From NCBI RefSeq assembly GCF_009914755.1, contig NC_060928.1: a DNA stretch of 64,000 nt. One strand, 5' to 3'. The stretch's first letter is position 1; each line of letters opens with the position of its first letter. The position numbers and the translations under genes were made by a program. Under the pieces are notes generated by a model that saw nothing but the letters and a program-made list of their open reading frames with translations, was not told the origin of the DNA and did no database searches. This DNA comes from the human T2T-CHM13v2.0 reference genome, Homo sapiens. Shown piece by piece: positions 13,181-25,061 of this stretch.

Positions 13181-13904
13181 TTCAACCCTCAGAAGATGGG
13201 GCATCAGAAAAGAAATGTGGTTTAAAGGAAGACATAGAAGTTGGAAGGAGATAAAATATGTCATGATAGTGCTTATTTAGCACTATTTCTCCACCTCTTT
13301 CTGTGGGCAAGCCTAAGCAAATGTGGCTCCATTTCCCCATCTTCAAATCTCTCTGGTCATCCATACGTCCAATAACCTCTCTTAGTTAACTGTTAATAGT
13401 GCCTGTTGTGCGTAATACTGTATTGATGCTAAAAAATTGCATGACTTTTTTCCCCCAAATAAATTATTAATTCCTTTAATGTTATAATAAAGACTGTCAG
13501 GGGTCAATTTGGGTAATGGAAGGGATACCACTTTCTTCCATATCTCCAAGTAAGCGAGACAAGCTATAGCAAAAGGATGAAGGTTAGATCCTTAAGGATA
13601 CTGTTCACTTGGAATTAGTACAGTTTCCTAAGTTGCTTCTAGCTTCAGAGTTTACCTCTGGTTTTGCTGAAAGAGGAGAGGAGAGGAAGAATTAGAATCT
13701 CTGTATGGAGATACTTGGACAATGCCCCCTGTAGGTGACATAGTCAGCATGAGGTGGGAAGACTTTGCTGCCTTTTCATAATAAGCACTCTATACGTATT
13801 GGTTAAGTTAGTGAACAAATAAATCAATGTCTTCTCTTAGCCCTGTGCTAATCTCTTAATCTCTTCACAGTTAGCATTATGCTGCTTCTTGCTTTTCTCA
13901 TTTC

Positions 13905-14025
13905 TCTTTGTCCAACTGTGAGCACCTTCATGTAAGAGAATGTTGCATTTCATATCCATGATCTCTACTGCTAAGAAATGACTGCTTGTCATTCAGTACT
14001 TGCTTGATAATTGCTGAATAAATAC
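13905..14025 (+). mobile_element. L2 3' end
   Basis: ACTGTGAGCACCTT...GCTTGATAATTGCTGAATAAAT. Confidence 0.55.
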
Positions 14026-14059
14026 ATAACTAATCTATGTCAGATAGAAATGCTGACTC

Positions 14060-14412
14060 TGTGGCAGACATGCACTTCCTCCCTCCCCTCTACTTTATGT
14101 CTAGCATTTTTTTTCTCAACTATTGTCTCTGCTTACAAACAGAAGACCCAGACGTAGGTGCCTCCTGTAGATCCACACTGGCAGCAATTACATAGTAGCA
14201 GAGTTTCCATAGCCCTCTCCACAAGCTTCCCTTTATGGGACCACTTTGGCATCGAGATGTATTTGGCTTACAAGATTTAAATGAGTGATTCTTATTCTTA
14301 TCCTCTTCTTTTTTATAGATCTTCACTTCCCTATGTTATCACACAACCATGTAAGATTTAATCCCTTATTCCCATTTTTCTTATAATGGTTCTGTTTTCC
14401 CAACTAAACCCT
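14060..14412 (+). mobile_element. Old ERVL-class LTR (LTR41/LTR52-like)
   Basis: The 3' end AATCCCTTATTCC...ATAATGGTTCTGTTTTCCAACTAAACCC matches the ending style of these LTRs. Confidence 0.4.
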
Positions 14413-14505
14413 TTTTAGTAATTTTCAGTACAAGAAGGGGGGTTCTGCCGTAACAAATATAAATTATGTGACATTAGCTTTGGGATCAGGTAGTGAGAAG
14501 AGACG

Positions 14506-14532
14506 AAAAAACAAAACAAAACAAAACAAAAC
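14506..14532 (+). repeat. (AAAAC)n microsatellite
   Basis: Read directly. Confidence 0.9.
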
Positions 14533-15083
14533 AGCGATAGAGTAATGGAGTTGCTATAGAAGGCTGGGAAATGGTAACCTATACTATGTAATTATAAAAA
14601 AATGGTTAAACTGTTGCCTGTTGTAACTTGGGAGATAAAAATAAATTTTGAGATTTGAGTCAGAGTCTTATGAAGAGTTGCTTCTACTACTTATTTATGA
14701 TAAGGTACTACAAAAAAAGAAGTAAGATTTTAAAAGATCTGGCTAGTTTGCCAGCAGAATGAGGACTTCCTATACCGGAAAAATAAAAGTGTTTCTCATC
14801 TAAGTGTTTCTCATCTGTAGTTTTCTTTGCAGGGAAGGGATTCTCAAAGTAAAATATAGCCTGGAGCAGAGATTAAATTAAGGGTGTATCCATAAGAAGG
14901 AATTGGAGTGGTGCCTAACACCTTCTTTAAGATCAACAAACGTGCTTCTAAGAATCTTAAAGGCATGTTCTCACAGAAGCATGATCCTACAGTAATGGTA
15001 AGCCAAGAGAAAGTAAGACATGTCTTGAAAAACATTGTGGCATGGCTTTTGGAGTTAATATGAACTCAAATCAGATGCATTAA

Positions 15084-15110
15084 CCACCCCCCCCTCCCCC
15101 CCCCCCCCGC
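15084..15110. repeat. Poly-C tract (C8-T-C13)
   Basis: Read directly. Confidence 0.9.
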
Positions 15111-15569
15111 AAATTATTCAGGGAATTACATTAGCAAAAGTGCCTTCAGTTGGACTAAAAGAGCTTGACATTATTGAAAGGCACTGGATTCTCAACTTAC
15201 TACAGGCAGGCACTAGGATGAAGAAAGCTTCCAAAGGGATTATTTCCTAATACTCTTTCAGAAGTGGCCAATGGAAAAGGGTGGCAATTCTGAAGAGCAC
15301 AGTCAAAAGCCATAGAGAACAATAAACTGAGGAACTGTATCAGAAAAACATATCCAGGTGTGAGACGGACCACAAAGTTCTGGACTCCAAGCCTGATGCC
15401 ATGATCATTAGAATCTTTTGAGATCCTTGGATACTGTGATCTTGTTTTGCATGTTGAAGACACAAGAAATAATTGAGAACAGAACGGAGAACTGATAGAT
15501 TGATTGAACTAATAGCCCAATTTTTATGATTTTTGTATCACACCTGATTACATCCTCTGTGCGTTCCTT

Positions 15570-15986
15570 TCCACACTGACTCTGTGTACAGACAAATTGT
15601 CTGTACAATTTGCCAAGGCCAACAGGACAAAATCAAACTTGATACAAGCAAAAATCTTAAAAGCATTTGTATATTTCTGTTTTTGCTCTAGAACCCTTGT
15701 TTCTGCTCTGAAAACTAGCCCAGGTTATCCTGTTGGAGGAATGTGAGAGATATTTCGAGGAGAGCTGAATCTTCCCAGAAAAGGCTATCCAAGACTATCT
15801 AGGCCCAGCCAATTCATGAGTTGACTGCATAGGTATGAGGAAACCCAGCCTAGTTGAACAAAGACAAGCACAATTTGACAGAACTGCCTAGCCGATCCAT
15901 ATGCTTAAAAGAAAATAATAAATAGTTGTTGATTTAGGCTGATACATATTAGAGTGGTTGTTATGCATTAATACCTAATTTAGACA
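15570..15986 (+). mobile_element. MLT1G/H-like LTR
   Basis: AGCCCAGGTTATCCTGTTGGAGG, CAGAACTGCCTAGC, AATAAATAGTTGTTG...GTTATGCA...ACA end. Confidence 0.8.
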
Positions 15987-16074
15987 TATCCTCTTACAAG
16001 TCAGAAAATAGAAAACTCTTTCAAGTAGCAAAAGAGTAAATACAATCTCACTCCTGGTTGCCAATACAGATGGA

Positions 16075-16350
16075 TTCTTATTATTCTTTGCCTTTCAGTA
16101 ACACTGACTTCCTTGCTTTGTGTCCACTTACCATGAGCTTCAGTGTCAGGCCCTTTATACTTGGTTGTTCTCTTAGACCAATCCTCTTTCCCCCTGTTCT
16201 TTCTATATCTTTCTCTTCTCCCTCCATTCATGTAAGTATCAGGTCTAATGTCATCTTTTCAGGGAGCGCTGACCTGACCACTTGTTATTTAAATTCTCTT
16301 ACTCTGCTTTATTTAATTCCCCTACTTGATACCAAGAAAGATTAAGTCCT
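16075..16350 (+). mobile_element. L2 fragment
   Basis: CACTGACTTCCTTGCT...CAGGCCCTTTATACTTG...CAGGTCTAATGTCATCTTTTCAGGGAG. Confidence 0.6.
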
Positions 16351-16360
16351 ATAAAGGTCG

Positions 16361-16520
16361 TATATAGATACACACACACATATACATATATATTATATAC
16401 ATATGTATTATAAATACAAACCAGGTAGATAGATAGATAGCAGGGGCAAAGCCAGTAAATATATGGAATGGCATATATATGATGTGTGTGTGTATGTGTG
16501 TGTGTGTATATATATATATG
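16361..16520. repeat. Mixed (TA)n/(CA)n/(GATA)n/(TG)n simple repeats
   Basis: Read directly. Confidence 0.85.
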
Positions 16521-16910
16521 AAGATGCTTATTAATATAGAAGGAGTTGGTTAGTTTATTAAGGAAAATGTTAAAGTCAAAAATCTTGGGGCTATACCAAC
16601 CATCTCTTTTTGTAGAAGAAGAAACTGAGGCCTAAAAAGATGAGGTAAACACCCATAATTAGTACAGAATTTTTATTGTTTCCTGTGTACTATGTTTTTG
16701 TTTTGTTTTGCTATAGACATTAGTGAATAATTAGGTTTATGAAAATATTCTCTTTCAAAAACATTAAGTGACTCCCATTCATGTGCAAATTTAACACTGA
16801 GATGGTATAGAACACTCTTTATACTCTGCCTTTCCTACCTTCTAAAATGTTCTGCGGATGCTCCCCATGCCACGTTTATAACCCTTTGTATTTCTCACTC
16901 CGTCTTTTAT

Positions 16911-17356
16911 TGCAGCAAAGTAGATAGCGGTCCACTTAAATTCGTGTTACTCCTTCCATAGAATACAGTTGTCACAGGATGTGGCTTCCCAGGAAAGGTC
17001 TGCGTATCCCGGTCCATTTGCATCAAGGTATGACAATAAGACCAGTTCCCACCAATGGAATATTAGCACAAATGATTGGTACCCTTTCTTGGCTAAGGCT
17101 GTTATGAAGCAGTTGTGCCTTCTCCAAGTTCTTTCCTCTTCTACTTGCCAAATGTAGAATGCTCTAAGTCCTAGATGTTAGAGTCACAAGTTAAAAGAAC
17201 CTTCATCTTAGAATCGTCAAGTTAAGAACAATTAATTCTACATCAGAAACAACCACCATGCTCTATTATGTGTGTGACAAATTAATTTCTATTTTATTAA
17301 GAGACTGAAAATGTAGGATGCATTGGCAGTAGTAGCTGGCATTACATAACTAACAT
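16911..17356 (+). mobile_element. Old MLT1 LTR (MLT1I/J-like)
   Basis: GACCAGTTCCCACCAATGGAAT, TTTCTATTTTATTAAGAGACTGAAA...TAACTAACA end. Confidence 0.7.
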
Positions 17357-17384
17357 ATTGTTCAATCTATTCATTCTGTGTAGC

Positions 17385-17670
17385 ATGCTCTTCCCACTAG
17401 AGCTATCCATTGCTCAAAGATGAGCTTAAATGCCACCTTCTTCACATCTCCCCCTGAATCCTTTAGTCACACTTAATGTCTTCCTCCATCACATTTTTCT
17501 AGCTGTTTGTTGTATGTTATAATTAATCCTGTTCATGGTATTCACTACTAAATTATGAGCTTCTATGGGCAGAAACTCTATCTTAATCACTTTGTACCCC
17601 CCAGAATGTCAAACACAGTATCTCACAAACAGTGGGTGCTCAATAAATGTCTGTTACATTAAACCAAATG
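17385..17670 (+). mobile_element. L2 3' part
   Basis: CTTAAATGCCACCTTC...TGAGCTTCTATGGGCAGAAAC...GGTGCTCAATAAATGTCTGTT. Confidence 0.8.
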
Positions 17671-17879
17671 AAACCGACTTCATATATCTGAATGATTAAT
17701 ATGTTTATTTCATTCAAGATCTTTGGGCTGGTATGAAAAAAAAGAAGTCTATTACTTCAGTCTGACTCTTTAACTTGGCAGATTAGAGTGGAATAAAAAT
17801 GTGTCCTGGATGAAATGAAAATGCATTGTTTTACATAAGATATGGCAATTTTGAAAAATACATTGATTTAATGTACTTA

Positions 17880-18530
17880 GGCCAGTGAAAAATCTGTTGG
17901 TTTAAGCTAACTGCCGTTAGTTTCAATTAAAATGTATCGATTTGGGTAAATGTTGGTTAGAATAAATGTTGCTTGACTGTGGAAACAGACCATTTGCTTA
18001 AGCTTGCCTTGGAGCACAATCAGAGAGAGAGGTGAGGTGGGCAAGGGTGGGGGGAGCGAGAGAGTGAGTGTGTTACACAGGCAGTCAGGCAGAATTCTCA
18101 CTTCTCTGCACTATACTCCACTTGAAGAGGGCAAGACCAGGTGGCCAATTAGTAGGTCACCATCCTTTGGCGTTATATTAACTAACATCTATAAGTGAGA
18201 AAAGTAGCATTGAAAAAGAATTTTGCTTAAATTAAAATGCTTCTGCGTGAGGCCCACATTAGGTCAATACCATTAATTCATCATCTGCCTTCAAATAGGT
18301 CAATTCCATTCATTTATTTAAAAAGTGAAATAATTCAGTTATCTGAGTTCATAATGGCCAAAAAAAAAAAAAAAAAACTGGGGAAGTACATCTTTCACTT
18401 TTTAACAAATGGTTTTAATGCTTTATGTTGAAAAAATGGCCACATGGCCATTTTTTGGTGATCGCAAACAGTGGATTATTGGCAATTTCATAAGGTTCAA
18501 CCAAATAGATACTGCTTAAGGGTAATTAGA
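17880..18530. promoter_or_regulatory. Candidate enhancer or promoter (ROR half-site cluster, CCAAT, homeodomain/POU, YY1-like and MYB-like sites)
   Basis: No recognisable repeat. TAGGTCA at 18153, 18260 and 18296; CCAAT at 18145; palindrome at 18431-18456. Function is inferred. Confidence 0.5.
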
Positions 18531-19299
18531 GAAAGAACTAGATTGTACTTTGTTTTCATTGATATTTTCAAACATAATGATGTGTTTCCCCTTCTGGTCT
18601 TTGGAGGCAGGAAAAACATACACACACACACCCTGCCCAATATATGCACATACATGTACACAAATATGCAAAATTATCTTTCTCTCTCTCTATCTATCTC
18701 TATCATCTAACATCTTTGCATTTCCAATCCAACAAGGTAAGGATCTGAAACATAGGAGGTATTCATTAAATGTTTGATAAAGGAAGGAAGATACAGGCAG
18801 GAAAACGTTAAATGATAGTAGATAAGTTTAGAACAAAAGGAACAGAAAATAATGGGAAATTTCAACTAATTTATTAATTGTAACAATTTGAGAAATGAAT
18901 ATTCTTTCTTCCCACGTGTTTTTAATGATGGGAAGGAACCAGATGTCTTGGCAATGACTACTGTGTAAAACAAACATAAATTAAGCCAGTGCATAACAAG
19001 GAAGTCTCATTGTTAAAGACACAGAGAAGGAGATGCCAAGGAAAATTTGGGAAAGCAATGAGGAGGATATAAGACATCTGAGTAACATCGTGGTAGGAAG
19101 TGGGAGGGTGGTGATTGTAAAAATCTATGTATGGAGTATCTGGAAAGGCAAAGATCATTCAGAAGAAAGACTCAGAAAATACCCCAACATGTTAAATAAA
19201 ATACCTGCAAATAAAAGGGGAGAATATGTCAAGAGATAAATAGAAAATATGACTTAGGTTGTATAACTATAAGTTCTGATCACATATTCTTTATTAAAA

Positions 19300-19660
19300 G
19301 CAATTATATAGTACAGAGGAAATTAGAATTGATTTTTCAGTCTGGATTCTGCTGATAATTTCTGGGTGACTTAGATAAAACCCTTAAACTCTTTGACATT
19401 TTTGAAATGTAAAATAAAGATAATGAAAATAAATATTTTGTTGCCTGATTATTGTAAAGATCAAAAAGGAGAAAGTTCAGTGTGTACAATAAATAAGAAA
19501 AATACGTCACTGAGGACCTACAATGAACAGGTGATATGCAGGCAATACAAAGTACTTTATGTCATTTAATCCCAATGGTCATAATATGACACAGACTTTA
19601 TCTTCAGTTTTCAAGAAATAAGGCTTCCCTGTCAGAAGTTAAGCAATTTATCCAAATTTA
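19300..19660. mobile_element. Two MIR fragments in opposite orientation (+ then -)
   Basis: GGGTGACTTAGATAAAACCCTTAAACTCT...TGTAAAATAAAGATAAT, then TCATTTAATCC...AAGTTAAGCAATTTATCC. Confidence 0.55.
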
Positions 19661-19971
19661 AAGTAGGCACTTAGCAAATATTTTATGAATCACTTGATGA
19701 AGTACTCCCTAGCACTCTCCTTTGGCATTCCTCATATTTAATTATTAACATAAAGTAGAACTTGCGAATATGAAATTGTGTATGGAAGGGGTCTATGCTA
19801 AATAAAAAGTCTGAATTAAGAAATATTTGATGAATATAAATTCACCCAACGTTCTTTCCAACTTTTGAGTTTGGCTTATTTGATAAACTTCATAGTGTAC
19901 AGAGTTATAAGGATTATATCAAATTGACTTTTTGTTGTTATTTTAATTATTATCTAAGAATGCTTCCCATG

Positions 19972-20320
19972 CATTTATTTATTCATTCAATCAGCAAATA
20001 TTTAAGGGGCACTGTGCTAGGTAGTGAGGATTCAGTGATGAACAAAACTATATAGCCTCTGCTTTCAGAGGGCTTCTAGAATAGTGAAAATAATGGATTC
20101 TACTCAAATTGTTACAAAAAACTTAAGAACTCACAACTATGATAACATGATCCTATTGACAGAGCCTATAAAATGAGGGTTTGCTTTGGTAAGAGAGAGA
20201 AGGAAAAACTTGAACTGTGTTATGAGAGGTAATAAAAGAAGAGATGTGTGTCCAGGGCAGAAGGAACAACATGAAAAATAATCTCTAGAAGGAGAGAGGA
20301 AGCTGAAATGGTGAGAATAA
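19972..20320 (-). mobile_element. L2 (L2a-like) 3' part
   Basis: ATTCATTCAATCAGCAAATATTTA...CACTGTGCTAGGTAGTGAGGATTCAGTGATGAACAAAAC. Confidence 0.85.
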
Positions 20321-20567
20321 AGAATACCCTGCTACAGGGTTAGAATGCACGTGTCTTCCTCAAAACCAATCATGAGTGGCAGAGGTGGCAGGTAAATGAA
20401 GATCAAAATATGAGCTTCATTAGTCATCTTGATCACTCTTTTGGGTGATCAGCTAAAATCTGGGACAAATAAGTCTTCTAACGTGCTACCTCCTCCAGCC
20501 TCCTCCAGTCTAAACCTCAGAATAATCCAATGAAAGTCAAATGTGCAGGTAAAGCACACCTACTTAG

Positions 20568-20951
<384 letters not shown>

Positions 20952-21164
20952 GATGCTATCTCTTTATTTGATAAACTCTACAGAGGTAGAAATGAGAACC
21001 AATGGCGCCCACCCATTCACTTGCAGAATGAGTAGGGGTAGCACAAAAGGCTAGGAATGTTATTTGAAGTGCAGGATCTTCCACAGGGAAACAGGTCTAG
21101 TATGAGAAGAGAAATCTTCCTTCCCAAAAGTTAGGAGAAAATTGGTTCTAGGTAAAGGATAAAG

Positions 21165-21630
21165 AGTTGGACAGGACACAATGTTGGTCTTATAGATGAC
21201 TTCGAAGATGTCTATCATGATCATAGGGACAATAAGAAGTTAGTAAAGGATTTAAGAGGTATAGATTGGAGTAATCTTTTGAAAAGCTATTTCTAGCTGT
21301 TGTGAGTTAAAAAGATTGGGAAAGGAAAATGGAAAATTATTGTGAAAGTGTAGGCAAAAGAATATCAGTAGTTTGGGCTAGCATCTGGAGGATGGTAGTG
21401 GTGGTCAGGAGACATAGGTGTGAGAGCTGTTTATTATGTGAAATGAACGGACTTTGTTAAAGAGTTAGATATGGGGAATTATGGGAATATTGACAATGAC
21501 ATATGTATTGAGGAATGATGGATGCTGGTTTAATTTAGTGAATTCAAAGAAACTGAAGGAAAACCAGGTTTGGGTAGGGAAGATTACATGTAAGTATTTG
21601 AGCCTATTGAGTACTAGGTGCCTTTGAAGT
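21165..21630 (-). mobile_element. L2 continuation
   Basis: TTTTGAAAAGCTATTTCTAGCTG, GGACTTTGTTAAAGAGTTAGATATGGGG, GGAAAACCAGGTTTGGG, GAGTACTAGGTGCCTTTGA. Confidence 0.75.
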
Positions 21631-22159
21631 TGGCCAAACATTTGCCTCCATATTAATATTTCAAAATTAATTTGTACAGTTGATTTATCCCAGCAATCTT
21701 ATTTATACTACCTAATTACATGAAAACTTTTTTCCAGATCTACCTGTCAAGTAGTCATTACAAATTTCACAATACTGTAGTGGAATATAAATCAATGTGG
21801 CTTCAATGTGCTTATAACTTTCTAAACCATCTAAATCTATTCAGATATTCTTTTAAGCTTTTGAAAGGTGATTTTATTTTTTGCCTTTCTGTGTTGTGTT
21901 TCTGTGATATAATTGTCAGACCTTCTGAACAGCTTTTAGGGAAACCCTCTTGGAAATAGCAAAGTAGAATCTGATGGCAATCTTTCTTGTGTCTAGTGGT
22001 ATTTTACACTATTATGCGTGTGAGAACTCATCATTAACATCATAAAGATTTCACAAATGTGGGAAATTAAGTCCAGACAACTTTTTAAAGAAAAGAGGGT
22101 TGGAATTATTTGTATAGCCTTGCTGAATTTAGAAGGAGCTGCCATTTCATCAAGCTTAC

Positions 22160-22168
22160 CTTGGCTTC
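22160..22168 (-). other. Candidate 9-nt microexon (GAAGCCAAG)
   Basis: Minus strand reads gatgcttttcttgtggtcttacag|GAAGCCAAG|gtaagc. No host gene is visible. Confidence 0.25.
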
Positions 22169-23486
22169 CTGTAAGACCACAAGAAAAGCATCTCACTAAG
22201 AAAAATGTACCCTGTATTTGAATAAGGCTTAAAACATTTTCTTAAACTTTTTAATCTAGGTTTTCCCAAAATTTATCCAATATTCGCCACCACAGAAGTT
22301 CTTCTTTACTTCAAATCTAAGATCTACTTGCTGGTAGTGAAACATACTTCTTTTTTCTTTTTCTGAATGAGAGATTTTACAGAGATAATTTTATAAGTTT
22401 AAATGTATCAGCTGTTTAAGGCACACACACAGGACTAGAGAATATTGTATTTTATGTGGAATCTAAAGAGAATCTTGCACTCATTGTTAATAGCTTAAAA
22501 TATTTTCATGATTTTTTTCTTTGAATATTCAAGTGCAGAAAACTTAAAAAAACACAAAATAAAATTTTAAGTTTCAGGAGCAAAGAAATATCCTAATTTC
22601 TAAAGTGGTTTATGGAACTCATACACAGATAACTTTCAACTATATCTACAAATGGAGGAAAGTCTGTGTGGAGATACAAAATATACAACCAGTAATTTCA
22701 AATGTCTTCACTAAAATTTTATGAGAGCAATATCTGAACTGATTTTTACAACTGCTCTTTTGTTCAGCCTATGCCCTTCTGGTTAAGGATCTTCTAACAA
22801 TCACATTGACATGGTTAAAAGAAGGAATATGAAGGAAGACCAAGGAAGAATATAGAGCATTTGCAATTCACCAATTGAATTATATGCAAAAAAATCAATC
22901 TTAAGGTCTACAGCATTATGAAAATGTTTCCCTATTACATAGAGTTTGATGTAAAAATGAATCTTATTGGATCCAGTAATTCCTGTGAATGCCCTATAAC
23001 TTGAAAACCACTCAGCTCTGTCGTAAAAATAATTTCTCATAGGGCTCATATAACACTTCCTCTGAAACTCTTTCACAGCTGAACAAATTATGGTATCTTC
23101 ATTCATCTATTGAGATAAACACATTTTTAAAACAGTTTTTTTTTTGTTGTTTTGAAAAAACAATAACAACATACAAAAATGGAAAATGTGAGTACAAGAT
23201 TACTCAAGAGCCAGTGAATCTGATTGTTATTTCAGGGAGTTTCAGGGGATATTTTAGCTATTTTGGCTATTTCACATCTGTAACTGTATGGAGACTGTAT
23301 GGCTGCATGGTCTGGAGAGTTTGGTGTATCTTAAAGACACACTTTCCATTTGTAATGAAAGCCATTGCTGTGAAATTTTTAATGAAACAGTAGTGTTTTT
23401 GCTTTATTCTGTGGATACTGATTAATATGTATCATATACCACCTTTGGGTCCTATAAAGATTTAAATAGATTTCAAGCTTTCACAA

Positions 23487-24010
23487 CACAGAATCATAAT
23501 CTCTTAGAAATGGAGAAGACCATTCCTCCTCCAATGTAGCAATTCTTTCTGAAACATCTAGGACAAAACATGGCTGAAGCCTCTGTTTGATATTCTACTG
23601 AGCGAGAACGTGATACTTCACCAAGCCGATTGTTCCTCTGCAGTACAGCTGTTTCAAAACTCTGTTTCATATGCATTAAAATTTATCCTATTTGTTGGCT
23701 CTACCCTACTGAGGCCTCACAGAGTATGTCCTTATTTCCACATTCCAAATTCTCAAATATCAGAAGGTAGCTATTGCGGTTCCTCTAATCTCTTTTCCTA
23801 GAAAAATGAACCCATTCCCCTTTATGATTTTACATAAAACATGATTGTCAGATTCTTGGTCATTCAGATTTTCCTGATCTGGACATGTTTTATGTCAATG
23901 TCCCTTTCAACCTAGTGGCCAGAATAACACTCTATAAGGGATTCTAATTACATGTAGCACTTTGGGGCTGTCATCTCCTTTATTTAAAATACTAAGATAT
24001 TGCTAATATA
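23487..24010 (-). mobile_element. L3/CR1 LINE 3' part
   Basis: CACAGAATCATAATCTCTTAGAAATGGAGAAGACC end; AAATATCAGAAGGTAGCTATT; CCAGAATAACACTC. Confidence 0.7.
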
Positions 24011-24074
24011 GAGAAAAATACTCAGGTGGTTTTAAAATTAACTCTATTCAGAACAAGGTATTTTTTATCTTGCT

Positions 24075-24765
24075 CATTTTTATAGTCCTTTAAAGTAAGA
24101 TTTACATGCCTTTTAATGCACAAATATTAACTGTACAATTTTGACAAGGTAATACACCTATTTAACTAGCACTCCTTTCACAATATGAAACATTTCCACA
24201 TCTCCGGAATGTATCCTCATGTCTCTTTCAAAACAATTCCTTTTAGCTGTACCACAGAAACAACCCCTGTTTCTATGTACTTTTCTTTCAAGTTCTTGAA
24301 CTTTAGGTAAATTCAGGTTGCTCTGTCTGGTTATTTTGGTCAGGAGTTAGTCTGAGAGAGTCTCCAAACTGTCAGTAGTTTGTTCCTTTTTATTATTAAG
24401 CAGCATTTTATTATATGATGACATCACAATTGGCCTATCTTTTCTTTAGTTGATACAATTTCAGTTGTTTCTAGTTTTCCACGATTGTAAATAAAGCTGC
24501 TGTGAATTTTTGTCTACAAATATTTGTGGAGACACATGTTTTAATTGTCTTGGGTAAAACCTGGAATTGACAGTGCTGGGTAGTGCAGAAAGTATATGTT
24601 TGGCCTATAAGGAATGACCCCAACTTGTCTCCAAAGTATCTAAAGCATTTTGCTTTCCCACCAGTTTCATATGAGATTTCCAATCACTCCACATCTGCAT
24701 GTAGTATTGTAAATCTTTTTATTTCTATCATTCTAGTTGGTGGCTAGTAGTAATTACACTGTGGT
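24075..24765 (-). mobile_element. L1ME-type 3' end
   Basis: AATGCACAAATATTAACTGTACA, AATAAAGCTGCTGTGAAT, TTCCCACCAG, CATTCTAGTTGGTG. Confidence 0.8.
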
Positions 24766-25061
24766 ATAGAGCACCAACATTGCCCATTATGTGGAGAAAC
24801 CTTAGCCATACCTTTATCCCATTAAAAGATATAAATGGTGCCAAATATATTCCAGTCATTTTATTCTGCACCAAGGGTCCACTGCCTAGCAATAAATAGT
24901 CCTTCCAGAAAAGAATTACGAATGTAGTCATAGGCAATGTATGCTGTAGCTTTAAGTGTGATGTTATTAGAAGTTCTCAGTTCGGAACAAATCCTAAAAC
25001 TTCGGATTTGTGGGGTTTTTTTAATAGCTCTTATTAATAAAGCAGACCTAAGAGTATCAAG

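Larger units (their letters stand above)
14420..15560 (+). mobile_element. MLT1 MaLR internal sequence, decayed
   Basis: Starts AGTACAAGAAGGGGGGTTCTGCCGTAACAAATA...ATGTGACATTAGCTTTGG, the usual MaLR post-LTR start; abuts an MLT1 LTR. Confidence 0.7.
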
